This document shows, one piece after another, positions 51,070 through 61,089 of a stretch of 64,000 bases of DNA (position 1 is the first letter of the stretch; each line of letters begins with the position of its first letter). The position numbers were made by a program, and so were the translations under genes. The notes below the pieces were generated by a model. It searched no databases. It had not been told where the DNA came from and saw only the letters and a list, made by a program, of their open reading frames with translations. Source of the DNA: Kiritimatiellia bacterium (GTDB lineage: Bacteria > Verrucomicrobiota > Kiritimatiellia > RFP12 > UBA1067); NCBI GenBank assembly GCA_041673345.1, contig JBAYXX010000003.1, positions 23,604 through 87,603 on the forward strand, given 5' to 3'.

Positions 51070-51609
51070 ATGACCGTACTGCTGCATACTTGCTGCGCAC
51101 CATGCGCCACGCACTGCATTGAAGTTTTGTGCGCATTGGGACACACGCCCACACTCTTTTTTTCAAACGCAAACATTGCGCCTGAAAGCGAGTTCTATCG
51201 CAGAGCGCAAGCGGTGACCAAACTAGCCAATATCGCCAATATCCCGCTGATTATTGATACCCCTGACCACTGCGAATGGCTCACCCGTGTAGCCGCTGGC
51301 CTGGAAAAGGAGCGCGAACAAGGCGCCCGTTGCGTCCGCTGCTTCCAATACGCACTGCAACGGAGCCATCGGCAGATGCGGGCCAGCGGGCTGGCCGCCT
51401 TCACGACCACACTGACCGTCAGCCCCCATAAATTATCGGATTTGATCGCCCACATTGGGAAGGAGATCTCAGAGAGTGAATATCTGGATCTCAACTTTAA
51501 AAAACAAGGCGGTTTCAAAAGGACACTGGAACTCAGCGAGGAGTATGATCTTTACCGGCAAAGCTACTGCGGCTGCGAGTTCTCGAAAATTGCGTTTGAC
51601 GCTGATTGA
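51070..51609 (+). CDS. queH: Epoxyqueuosine reductase QueH (DUF208)
   Basis: LLHTCCAPCATH... and CxxC...CGCEFS cysteine pattern of QueH. Confidence 0.8.
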   Translation: MTVLLHTCCAPCATHCIEVLCALGHTPTLFFSNANIAPESEFYRRAQAVTKLANIANIPLIIDTPDHCEWLTRVAAGLEKEREQGARCVRCFQYALQRSHRQMRASGLAAFTTTLTVSPHKLSDLIAHIGKEISESEYLDLNFKKQGGFKRTLELSEEYDLYRQSYCGCEFSKIAFDAD

Positions 51610-51874
51610 CAAAAAAAGTATTCTATAGACATTGAATGTGGGTAAGATTTTTTCATCCACACCTAATGGATTATCTTTTTTAAGCACTAATTATTTAAGG
51701 ATGGTTGGGCTGACGGCCTGGGGAACTTGTCCAAGTTCACGGAGGCGCATGGGGTACCCATCCTGTCGTCGAAGTAGCGGAGGTTTCGACGGGCGGTTTT
51801 TTATATATGGGGGGGGATGCGGCCCGCCGTTGAACCTAATTTCAGAAAAGCGCTCCGTGTGCGCCCCGTCAAAG

Positions 51875-52165
51875 TCACCGATACGGGCATCTGTTTCGAA
51901 CGCCCGCGAAATGCTGGTTGAGGATTTTTGTGACCTCCGCGTTTTTGAACGACTCGCGGGCCATGACATGACACCAATGGAAGGTGGAGTAGTCGATGGA
52001 GAGGAAAATAGGCTTATTCGTTTTGCGTGCTTCGGTAAACGCTTCATCGCCCCAGGGATACCAGTCAACCGGATTGTGTACATGTTGCAGCAGGTAAGGG
52101 CTCTTCTCGTGTATCAAACGGTTTGTGTGCATACTCTCTTTCCCCGTGGTCGTCGACTTGTCCAT
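51875..52165 (-). pseudogene. Duplicated 5' fragment (about 85 codons) of the DUF255 thioredoxin-domain gene found intact at 61850->64000
   Basis: [48 protein letters not shown].. is about 85% nucleotide identity to 63700-63990. Diverges into junk after about 85 codons. Confidence 0.6.
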
Positions 52166-52436
52166 CGAACGCGGTTGATTAGTTATCAGCGGCCATACGA
52201 ATAATCAGGGTGCTGGAACTCCATCGCGCGGCTGACGGTGCCGCCGGCCATTACTCTAACCAATAATATGCACCAATTCACCTAGAGTGGCCCCTGGATG
52301 TCGTTAGATAGCGCAACCCGCCATAACCAATATTCACCTCTGCGATACTTTGGAAAAACCGCGCCGCTTTGACTGTCGCTGGGTCGCCCGACCCCGGGAA
52401 TAAGATGTAGCCCCCGATCACTTCTTTGCGATAAGG

Positions 52437-52784
52437 TTAGCTGGCAGGCGGGTTCTCCTTGTTGCTTCGGTAATAAATCGCATCGCGATATCGGTGCATC
52501 TGGTTGATTGCATCGTTAGGCGGTGAATCGACACCTTCTCTATCCGCCTCAAGCCGATATTTAGCATCAAAAAGATAGGTGAGTTTAAACGTATTGTCAC
52601 CCCCGACAGGCTTGGTCAACCTTAACACGATATCAGGCTTCTGTTCGCCGCCGGTGGGCGCAACGATTTCGCCGTCACACTCGTCCAGTACGCCGGTTGT
52701 CGCATTATAAAAAAGCTCGGCCAGTTCTGAATTGTAATATGAAATGCGACAACACATTGGACAAAAAAATGTCCCATGCAACAA
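52437..52784 (-). pseudogene. Orphan fragment of a PD-(D/E)xK restriction-endonuclease-like protein (McrC-like C-terminal piece)
   Basis: ..PDIVLRLTKP...LFDAKYRLEADREG...AINQMHRYRDAI resembles the nuclease core (D..D/EAK) of McrC-type proteins. 115 aa only. Confidence 0.3.
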
Positions 52785-52874
52785 TACCCCTTAACAAAAT
52801 CCTTCAAAAAATTGAAGAAAGGAAAAGCCACGTGGAACAGCTGAATCATAGCCGTAACCAATTTTTATCTGAAA

Positions 52875-52990
52875 CCACAAAGGACCTAGCGCAGCATAGC
52901 CGCCTGTCTTGCAACACACAGGCAGGCAACTAATTTTTTATCTCTCACAGAGGCACAGAGTTCTCAGAGTTGTTTTGCCCGCGAATCTCC
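52875..52990. repeat. Partial copy of the element inserted in copA (includes the 23-bp TIR TTATCTCTCACAGAGGCACAGAG)
   Basis: CCTAGCGCAGCATAGCCGC...TTATCTCTCACAGAGGCACAGAGTTCTCAGAGTTGTTT matches 57141-57235. Confidence 0.75.
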
Positions 52991-53390
52991 GCTAAATGAC
53001 AAGGGGATTTCATCCCCACTTCGTGGGGTCGCTAATCACTTGAAATACCCTTTCAATAACCCGTTTGGAACAGGCTAAAGCATTGTTTAAACAATAAATT
53101 TCGTTTCCCCAAACGCGCAGCGTTTGTTACTAAAGCAGCGGGCTCCTAACCACTAATTTCTCAGTGAGGGCGACGACCTTCCGCACATCACACAAACTCT
53201 TTTGGTTGCGGCGACTAGCTGCTTTAGGTTGTTTTGTGGTTTCCAAACTTTTATCGGATAAGTTATTTGAAACAAGTTTATTTTTGACAAAACCCGCAAT
53301 TAGTGCAATTATTCCGTCATCATTAATCAAGTATCCGCGTAAACTACGGCCAGTCGTACAATAATTTATTGAGCAACAAAGGAGATAAAG

Positions 53391-53993
53391 ATGAAAAGAT
53401 GCTGTCTTGTTTTAGCAATACTTCTGTCAGGTTCAGGGGTGCATGCTGACGAAATATCTGATATGAAAAAAGAGATTGAGTCACTCAAGCGCGAGGTTTC
53501 CGAGCTGCGGAGCCTTGTGCAGAGCGGAACAGTTCAAAGCGCAACACCGGCCACTGACCCCAAGGCTGGAATCAGAAGAAGATATGAGGAAGACAGAAAG
53601 ACGTACAGCGATGCGCAACTGCGTGAGATAGAAAGCCTTTATCAATCAGCCAACAAGGACTTAAGGAGCCCTGAAGCAAAAGAGGCGCTGAAAAGCCTGA
53701 TTGAAAAATACCCCAAGGCCAATCGGACGGGCTGCGCTGTACAGTACATGGGGCAGATGTCCTCAAGCGAGGAGAAGGAGAGCTATCTGAAACTTGCAAT
53801 CAAGGATTTTGGCGATTGCTACTATGGCAGCGGCGTTCAGGTGGGAGCTTATGCCAGGCTCTATTTGGCTTATTACTACAAAGAGACAGGAAGGGCGAAA
53901 GAGGCACAGGCCCTCTTTGATGAAATCAGAACAAACTTCCCGGATGCGGTTAACCATAAAGGCAAACTTCTGATTAATATGCTCCCAAAATAA
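53391..53993 (+). CDS. Hypothetical secreted protein with N-terminal coiled coil and TPR-like C-terminal half
   Basis: Signal peptide. Heptad EIESLKREVSELRSL. Putative sigma70 promoter upstream (TTGACA..AATTAT). Confidence 0.5.
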   Translation: MKRCCLVLAILLSGSGVHADEISDMKKEIESLKREVSELRSLVQSGTVQSATPATDPKAGIRRRYEEDRKTYSDAQLREIESLYQSANKDLRSPEAKEALKSLIEKYPKANRTGCAVQYMGQMSSSEEKESYLKLAIKDFGDCYYGSGVQVGAYARLYLAYYYKETGRAKEAQALFDEIRTNFPDAVNHKGKLLINMLPK

Positions 53994-54127
53994 TGCTCAA
54001 AAATGCTTTAAAGGTAATCCTTTTTTGGAAAAAATAGCAGAGGTGATTTTAGATGCCAATCCAAAAAGTAGAAGTCCGATCATGGCCGAAGAGAGAATAA
54101 AAACCCCGCTGAGTACCCGGATGGTGG

Positions 54128-54200
54128 CAGGTGCCAGGCTGGCAGGTGCCAACCGGGGTCGTGCCAACCGGGGTCGTGCCAACCGGGGTCATCCATTATA
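54128..54200. repeat. Tandem 15-bp repeat (GTGCCAACCGGGGTC) x3 plus degenerate copies
   Basis: Direct reading of 54128-54200. Confidence 0.85.
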
Positions 54201-54246
54201 TTAGTAATTAATGATTGACGCGAGATTTAAAGCTGTGCTCATGTGG

Positions 54247-54480
54247 AACTTGGCAAGAAAACTGCGAGTTGAATAGCCTGGCGCGATTTATCATATTACC
54301 CATCGTGGCAATGGGAAGATGCAGATATTTTCCGATGACCATGACCGCGATAGGTTTCTCCTGCGGCTGGCTGAGAGCCTTGATACAGGTAATGCGGAGC
54401 TTAAAATCCAACTTGAAGAGATAACGGAAAAGCTTGAATTGCTTCGAGAGGAAAACTGCAATGCGTTTAATTACTAATCT
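54247..54480 (+). pseudogene. Remnant of a REP-associated tyrosine transposase (RAYT / IS200-like TnpA) with in-frame TAG replacing the conserved Tyr
   Basis: MWNLARKLRVE*PGAIYHITHRGNGKMQIFSDDHDRDRFLLRLAESL matches the RAYT N-terminus (..RVEYPGAIYHV.NRGN....F.DD.DR..FL..L). Unrelated sequence follows. Confidence 0.45.
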
Positions 54481-54528
54481 AAGGTTTGATATACGTCGGA
54501 GTATTGGAGAGCATACGGGGCAAAAACT

Positions 54529-54729
54529 ATGAAGTCCATCAGCATTGACACTTGTGTGGTTTTGCGTCTTCTTGTTGGCACGCTTGAGAAACAATCTGAA
54601 CAGGCCGTTGGTTTTTTACAGGAATCCTTTTCCAAGGGCGTGAGGATATGTGTATCAGATTTGGTTGTTGCTGAGAGTTATCACGCACTTATCTATCATT
54701 ACAATGTTCCCAAGCTTAAAGCAATATAA
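54529..54729 (+). pseudogene. Truncated PIN-domain (VapC-like) toxin fragment
   Basis: SIDTCVVLRLLVG...VSDLVVAESYHAL corresponds to the first two conserved acidic positions of the PIN fold. ORF ends after 66 aa. No antitoxin gene evident. Confidence 0.35.
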
Positions 54730-55059
54730 CATTCACAACCACCGGCCAAAGGAAAGATACCCGCTACAATCTAATGCAGCAGAGCTGCAACCAAACTGTA
54801 TTGAAATATAACAAACATAGGTGGTTTCTCCTGTTGTTTTTTTAAAAGTTGTTTGCCGAGCCTTAGAGCGACTTTTTAAGCAATCATCCACCAGATACCG
54901 GCGGATATACTGTGTTGCTTCCCGTATGTCCGCCGGTATCCGTCATGTCAATGACGATTCCCAGCCGCTTAGTAGCGGGAATCTCATCGGTGTAGAATGC
55001 TTGTTTGCCTCGGGTGGCATGCAGCAGAAGAGGGTGATGACCCTCTCAACTCGCTTCCA

Positions 55060-57728
55060 TTAGAACTGCCAGCGCAGACCGCCGCCACAACCAAAATCGG
55101 AGTGCCATTGGCCGATCAGGGAAAAGTGTTTGGTAAGCAAATAGCCGGTGCCCGCGCGGATCTCCCAATGTTCTTTCGTATCATATTCGGCCTCAGAAAA
55201 CACCGCGAGTCGCGGCGTGAGTTCAAGGTGCTTACCGACGGCGAATTGGAACTCACCGGCTGTGTCCACCCACACGCGTGATGTGATATTGAGCGGCAGT
55301 AGATAGCGCAGGCCGAAGATACCCTCGTGCTTGTCGAAGTGATCGTCCGCTCCCTCAAGGTCAAGCCCTGCGAAGAGAGTGGTAAAACGGTTCAGGTAAT
55401 AATCGTAGGTGGGCGCGACCTCCCACTCTACGTCATCCACGTGCTGCCAGCCAGCCTGCCATTCGGTAGAGAAGATGTGCCGCGAGTTGGCGTAAACCAA
55501 CACTCCCTGCGACATCTGCGAAAGCGCATCCACCCGACCATACAGGTAGAACGGGTCATCGTAGAGTAGTGGACGCACGGCGGCGGTGGCTGGGTCGGGG
55601 ACGAACCCCTGATAATGCACCACCGCCGCCATGCCGCTCATCATGTGATAGAGCAGGTGGCAGTGGAAAAACCAGTCGCCGAACTCATCCGCCGCAAACT
55701 CAATCACAGTAGTCGTCATGGGGGCGACATCCACGGTGTGTTTGAGCGGTGAATGATCTCCCTGGGCGTTGAGCACCCGGAAGAAATGGCCGTGAAGATG
55801 CATCGGGTGATGCATCATGGTGCGGTTGATCATGATGAACCGCACCACCTCGCCGCGTTTGATTTCAATGTCGTCACGCTCGGACAACGGCTTGTTGTTC
55901 AGAAACCAGAGGTAACGCTCCATGTCGCCATCGAGGGTGAGCCGGATTTTTCGGATCGGTTTTGAAGAATCGAATGCGGTGGATTGCAGGGCGCGTAGCT
56001 TGTCGTAAGGCGGCCCTGGACGTTCCTCGCTCATGTTGTCAGCGGCCAGCGGGGTTTGAGAACTCACATCCTCAGCGAGTAGTCCGAGCCAGGTGCTATT
56101 GGGTGCAGTGGTTTTCCCTTCGGAAACCATACCCGTACCCATCGGCGCCTTTTCGTGCATCATACCGCTCATGTCGTGGCCCGCGTGTTCCATCGCGGGT
56201 GCGGCGTCCATCCCTGAATAGTTCGTTTTAGCGGCATTCGGAGCCATCTCGCCGTGATCCATTCCCTTCATTCCTTCCATCTCCTGCATGCCGTCCATAC
56301 TCTCCATTCCCTCCATACTGTTCATGCCCGGTTGATCGAACTTGCCGGCACGTACAGCGTTGCCCGACATACCCATCGAACCGCCTGGGGTCAGTGCGAA
56401 CACGCGTTTGAGCGAGAGGCCGCCCATGCTGTCGTAAAGATTGGGGGACGGAATGTCCGGCGCGGCGTGCCGTGTTCCGTCACCAATCCACAGCGACGCA
56501 TGCCCTGATCCATCATGAGCTGTTGCGCGAAACTCGTAGCTGCCTTCATCCGGCATTGTAACGATCACGTCATAGGTCTCAGCCACGCCCATCAGCAACC
56601 GCTCTTCGTTGAAGGGATGCACCAGTTGTCCGTCCGCCGAGATCACCTGCATCGGGCCGCCGGCAAACTGCAAATAGAAGAACGTGGAGGCCGAACCATC
56701 GATGACCCGGAGCCGGATCTTTTCGCCCGGCTTAGCGGTGAGGGCGTGGTGCGGTGCGCCGTTGAGCAGAAAGCGATCATAGTACACATCGGACAGATCC
56801 ATGGGTGGCATGCGTTGAAGCTCCCTTGAGAAATACGCGCCCAACAGTCCCAGCCGCGCTGCACCCAGCACGCTTTGACCGCTGCCTTTCTTAATTGAAT
56901 ACCACTCGCTGCCACGTTTGAGGGTGTGGAGCACCGAGTTCGGGTCGTCATCTGTCCAATCGGATAGCACCACGACGTGGTCACGCAGCTGGTCAAACAC
57001 GCCCTTATCCTTCGGCGCGATGACCAATGCTCCGAACAGTCCGCGCTGTTCCTGGAGCATGGTGTGGCTGTGATACCAGTAGGTACCGGATTGACGCAGA
57101 TCAAACTCATAGGTGAATGTCGTACCAGGTGCAATGGGTGGATATGTCCTAGCGCAGCATAGCCGCAACCAATTCTTTATCTCTCACAGAGGCACAGAGT
57201 TCTCTGAGTTGTTTCAGAGTTTCCACCAGCAAAGACTCAAAGGCGTAAAGTTCGGGCTCGACGTTCCCAGTTTTCCACATTTTTCACCTCTAAGATTTTT
57301 CACCTTAAAATATTCTCTCAGTGCTGCGAAAAGTTCAGCTACTCTCTGTGTTCTCTGTGCCTCTGTGAGAGATAATAAACGTACAAAAAAAACAAGAATA
57401 TGAATGATAGTAGTACAAAGGGCACGCTGTCCATGTTGTTGGGCAGCAGAATTCCATGCCAGTGAATCGAGGTCTCCACGTCCACCTGGTTATGGACGCG
57501 GATTGTTGCATGGTCGCCGTCGGTGAAACGCAGGGTCGGCCCCGGTAGTTGACCATTGAGGGTCATGGCCTGGACAGGATGGCCGGTGATGTTTATCTCC
57601 TGCCGGGCAATGGTGAGGTCATATTCCACGGTTGCCGCCGATAAGATCGCCCACGGCACGAACAGCGCCAAGGTGCCCAACAGCACCGCCATGGGATTCA
57701 CAGACCATGTTTTGGTTGGTCGCATCAT
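55060..57728 (-). pseudogene. copA: Multicopper oxidase (CopA/PcoA-like) fused to a CopB/PcoB-like outer-membrane domain, disrupted by a ~290-bp repeat/MITE insertion
   Basis: All four MCO copper motifs (HWHG at 57440s, WYHSH, HPMHLHGH, HCHLLYHMMSGM). Met/His-rich MxxM repeats. About 180-aa C-terminal extension ending ..RWQF. Coding sequence is interrupted between HWHGILLPNNMD (about 57429) and YPPIAPG (about 57135). Insert length is not a multiple of 3. Confidence 0.6.
57177..57375. mobile_element. ~199-bp MITE with perfect 23-bp terminal inverted repeats (TTATCTCTCACAGAGGCACAGAG) inserted in copA
   Basis: Left TIR 57177-57199. Right TIR 57353-57375 (reverse complement). No transposase ORF. 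Left-end copy at about 52935-52975. Confidence 0.7.
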
Positions 57729-57773
57729 TACAGGTTCTCCTTTGGCCCTTTTTTAACCTTTATTTCTTTTCGA

Positions 57774-58448
57774 TTACGGTGAGAAGATCGCGTTTGTGCT
57801 CCCTGATTGCAGCATCGGCTGCCGGTTTTCAAAACCGGGGCGGCCGCTGCGGTAGATGATACCGATCGGAATGGAGTCGCCCCATTGGAACGACAACGCC
57901 AGCGCCTTCATACGGTCATACGGGTCATGCTCCGCTGTCACCGGCTGAACGCGCTTTTTGTACCACTTGTAGGTGTTGACCTTGTTGAAGGTTACGCATG
58001 GTTGCAGGATGTCCACGAGGACGAATCCCTCAGTGTGCCGCAAAGCTTCCAGCAGGGTCGCTTTGAGATGCTCCGGATCGCCGGCAAAGGTTCGCGCCAC
58101 AAGGGAACAGCCCTCAACAATCGCCAGTGCCAGCGGATTGAACGGCATCGACATCACGCCATGCGTTTGAATCTTGGTCACAATAACCTCAAGCTCGTGA
58201 TTGGCGCATTTGATGCCGGTGGCAACCGGCAGTGCGCGGCCGTGCAATCCATTAAAGAGATTGCAGGGCGGTGTCACATAGTGGGGGAGCTTGGCTGCCT
58301 GGCCGATACCGGAGACCAGTACGGTTTTGTCCGGATTCAGACCGCTTTCCGCCAGTGCGGCGTCGAATGCTTTGAGAATCGGAAAGTTGCCGCATCCCGG
58401 ACACCAGGCTGGAGTCGTATCGGCTTTTCGTAAATCCAGTGGTTTCAT
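57774..58448 (-). CDS. korB: 2-oxoacid:ferredoxin oxidoreductase beta subunit homologue with about 45-aa in-frame deletion removing the TPP-binding GDG...NN.IYGLTKGQ segment (probably non-functional)
   Basis: WCPGCGNF, GIGQAAKLP, LHGRALPVATGIK and PFNPLALA..LVARTF align to KorB. LEVIVT is joined directly to KIQTHGVMSMPFNP. 224 aa versus about 270-340 aa expected. Confidence 0.6.
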   Translation of the reverse strand: MKPLDLRKADTTPAWCPGCGNFPILKAFDAALAESGLNPDKTVLVSGIGQAAKLPHYVTPPCNLFNGLHGRALPVATGIKCANHELEVIVTKIQTHGVMSMPFNPLALAIVEGCSLVARTFAGDPEHLKATLLEALRHTEGFVLVDILQPCVTFNKVNTYKWYKKRVQPVTAEHDPYDRMKALALSFQWGDSIPIGIIYRSGRPGFENRQPMLQSGSTNAIFSP

Positions 58449-60151
58449 TATAATCCAATCCTTTCCGCAATCTCTGTTCCGGTGAATGGCAGTCCATCAT
58501 AGCGCAGGATGTTTTCAGCTTGTGTCAGCACTCCGGTTTCCCGAAGCAATGCGGCAAACTGGGCGGTCTGATTGCCTTCAACGCAGTAAATCCGGTGTCG
58601 TCCTTTCAAGTGGGGCTTCCACGCTGAGGGCGACAGCGGCCACACCTGAGCCGCATGCAGCATAGCTGCCGACCGACCGGCATTGTTCAAGGCATCGACC
58701 CCTTCACGCATCGGTCCGTAGCTGGAACCCCAGCAGATGATAAGAATCTCCGCACCGTCAGGCCCATGGTAGGCTGGAGGCAGGGCTTCGGCCTGCATCT
58801 CCGGCAGCTTTGCCATGCGTTTGTCCTGTTGTGAAATCCGCGCTTGAAAATCCTCGGACAAATGTCCAGCGGCATCATGTTCGTCCGAATCCACGACCAC
58901 CCGCGCCTTGCCACCTGGAATGGCCCGGGGAGAGACACCGCCCTCAGCAGGAATTCGATAGCGCTGGTAGTCCGCGTCGGCATCCTCTGCAATGCAGCGG
59001 TCAATCGGCGCATCTTTTTCAGGGAACGGCTGCACTAGCTTCTCCATATCCTGCAGATACTGATCTGTGAGCAGCAACGTGGGTGTCTGATAGCGATGAG
59101 CCGTCTGCAGGGCCGTGCGCATCAATGTGTAGCATTGCTCAACTGTTCCGGGAGTATAGATCGCCCGCGGGAATTCGCCGTGACCTGCCCGCAATGCAAA
59201 TTGCAAATCCTGCTGCCCTGTCCGTGTCGGCATGCCGGTTGCCGGTCCGGGACGCTGGGCTATAACAACAACCGCCGGTAGTTCCATCATTCCTGCCAAC
59301 GACAGCCCCTCGGCCATGAGTGCGAAACCGCCGCCGCTGGTGGTTGTCAGCGCGGGCACACCGGCATAGGTGGCGCCGCAGACCATATTTATGGCGGCAA
59401 TCTCGTCTTCGGCCTGTTCAACTAGAATGCCATGGAGGTCGGCCTTTTCCGCCAGCCAGGCAAGAGTCGCCGTGCTGGGGTTCATCGGATAGGCTGCCAC
59501 AAACTTCACCCCGGCCGTGGCCGCTCCCTGTCCCAGTGCCGCCGCCCCGCTCCAGAGTTGGCCGGCGGTAACGTGGTCGGAGAGTGCCGGTGCTTGCAGA
59601 CGCGCCCACGCTCCGAACTCGCCAATGCGGGTGTGTCCGGCCCGGGCGCATTTCATATTGACATCGGCCAGCTCCTTGTCTTTCGGAGAGAATAATTTTT
59701 CAAGATAGAGGCACAGGCTGTCAACCGGGTATCCCAGCAACGCGAAGACCGCGCCGGCCAGCACACTGTTTGCCGCCAGGGTTGAACCGGTTAACTCACG
59801 GGCCAGCTTTGTGGCATTCAGCGCTACGATCTCGGTGGTCTCTGTCGCTTCGCCATTGTGCAGATGAGTTCCGCCGGGTGCTATGCTTGGGGATAGAATT
59901 TCACCGGCAACATCCGAAAACGAAATCAGGAGGTCAGCCTGCTCCTTACCTGCAAAACACTCCTGGTCGCTTACTCGTAGGTCATACCAGTTCAACCCGC
60001 CGCGGATGCGTGACATGTAACTTCGAGTGGACAATAAATGTACACCCGTGTCTTTCATTCCACCAAGAAGAAAACTTCCCGCTGTCTCGACTCCCTGGCC
60101 GGCCTCGCCAACAATCCGTATAAGTATATCCGCCATAGTCATTCCTTCCAA
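58448..60151 (-). CDS. korA: 2-oxoacid:ferredoxin oxidoreductase alpha subunit
   Basis: ILIRIVGEAGQGVETAGSFLL.. is the KorA N-terminus, followed by pyruvate-flavodoxin oxidoreductase domains I-III. True start likely MADIL (about 60136). Confidence 0.85.
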   Translation of the reverse strand: MEGMTMADILIRIVGEAGQGVETAGSFLLGGMKDTGVHLLSTRSYMSRIRGGLNWYDLRVSDQECFAGKEQADLLISFSDVAGEILSPSIAPGGTHLHNGEATETTEIVALNATKLARELTGSTLAANSVLAGAVFALLGYPVDSLCLYLEKLFSPKDKELADVNMKCARAGHTRIGEFGAWARLQAPALSDHVTAGQLWSGAAALGQGAATAGVKFVAAYPMNPSTATLAWLAEKADLHGILVEQAEDEIAAINMVCGATYAGVPALTTTSGGGFALMAEGLSLAGMMELPAVVVIAQRPGPATGMPTRTGQQDLQFALRAGHGEFPRAIYTPGTVEQCYTLMRTALQTAHRYQTPTLLLTDQYLQDMEKLVQPFPEKDAPIDRCIAEDADADYQRYRIPAEGGVSPRAIPGGKARVVVDSDEHDAAGHLSEDFQARISQQDKRMAKLPEMQAEALPPAYHGPDGAEILIICWGSSYGPMREGVDALNNAGRSAAMLHAAQVWPLSPSAWKPHLKGRHRIYCVEGNQTAQFAALLRETGVLTQAENILRYDGLPFTGTEIAERIGL

Positions 60152-60316
60152 ACTTTGCAGACAGCTTTGTCCGCTGCTCGCTATTCATCGCCAGCTTAGT
60201 GCCTTGCAAGAGTTGTCTGTTTGATCTTTACGGGTTAAGCTGAGCCTAAAAATTGATCGCACCATTTTGTAACGCTTTCGATACAGGACAGTTTGTTATG
60301 GCGGTCTTGATTTCAT

Positions 60317-61048
60317 TCAAGCATTTGATAAAGATGACGTTAGAAAATCAGACAACTGCAAAAGTTGGGTCAAATTAGGCTTATTAACAACACGGTTACA
60401 AACAACAGACCACCCGTCGGACGATATATGAAACACAGTTGTTATCGGCCCTTTTTTTTGATTAAGAGGGAACTGGTTTATAAACTTAAGTAGAGTTTTT
60501 TGCACCTCTGGAGATATTGTTATACCTTTGTTATGATCTTTCGCTGTTATACTAAACTGATCTGTAAAATCCTTTATGAGCCCCTCTGTTATTTCCATGC
60601 CGGTGTCAGATTGCATAGATGCTTGCATCGTCAAGAAGTGCTCTGCTATTTTAGGAAGTTTTTTTCTGATTTTTATCTCTCTATTAATTTCAAGATTAAT
60701 ATTTTCGAAAAGCATAGTGTAATATTTATGCGTCGTTGATCGATTGGCTCCTGCATAGCCTCTTGTTTTTCTATGCACGTCACACAAATATCCGCTTCCT
60801 CCATTTTTATTCTGTTTACCTATTATTTTTATGATCTCATCACTTGAGTTAGACTGATTCTGAGATAATTTATATTTATTCGCTTTTCTCAAAACATCTT
60901 CTTGTGTGATTTTCCGGTACCCACAATGTTCTAATCCTTCAAATAACTGTCGTACTCTCAGTTTGTCCAAGATATAAAACTTAAACAGAATACCACCACC
61001 ACCTGCAATAAGCGTAGCAAATAAAAATAAACCTATCATTTCAGTCAT
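60317..61048 (-). CDS. Low-GC orphan gene: hypothetical protein with single N-terminal TM helix and about 215-aa soluble domain of unknown function
   Basis: GC is markedly lower than flanking genes. AAA/AAT-rich codon usage. N-terminal MTEMIGLFLFATLIAGGGGILFKFYIL. No recognisable motif. Confidence 0.5.
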   Translation of the reverse strand: MTEMIGLFLFATLIAGGGGILFKFYILDKLRVRQLFEGLEHCGYRKITQEDVLRKANKYKLSQNQSNSSDEIIKIIGKQNKNGGSGYLCDVHRKTRGYAGANRSTTHKYYTMLFENINLEINREIKIRKKLPKIAEHFLTMQASMQSDTGMEITEGLIKDFTDQFSITAKDHNKGITISPEVQKTLLKFINQFPLNQKKGPITTVFHISSDGWSVVCNRVVNKPNLTQLLQLSDFLTSSLSNA

Positions 61049-61089
61049 TTCTTTAGGTCACCGGCTTCAGCGCCATCAAGCATTTTAAT

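Noticed and set aside
51632-52204. 190-aa plus-strand ORF
   Set aside because: Antisense to the duplicated DUF255 5' fragment and partly over repeat sequence.
57807-58433. 208-aa plus-strand ORF
   Set aside because: Antisense to korB, whose conserved motifs identify the true strand.
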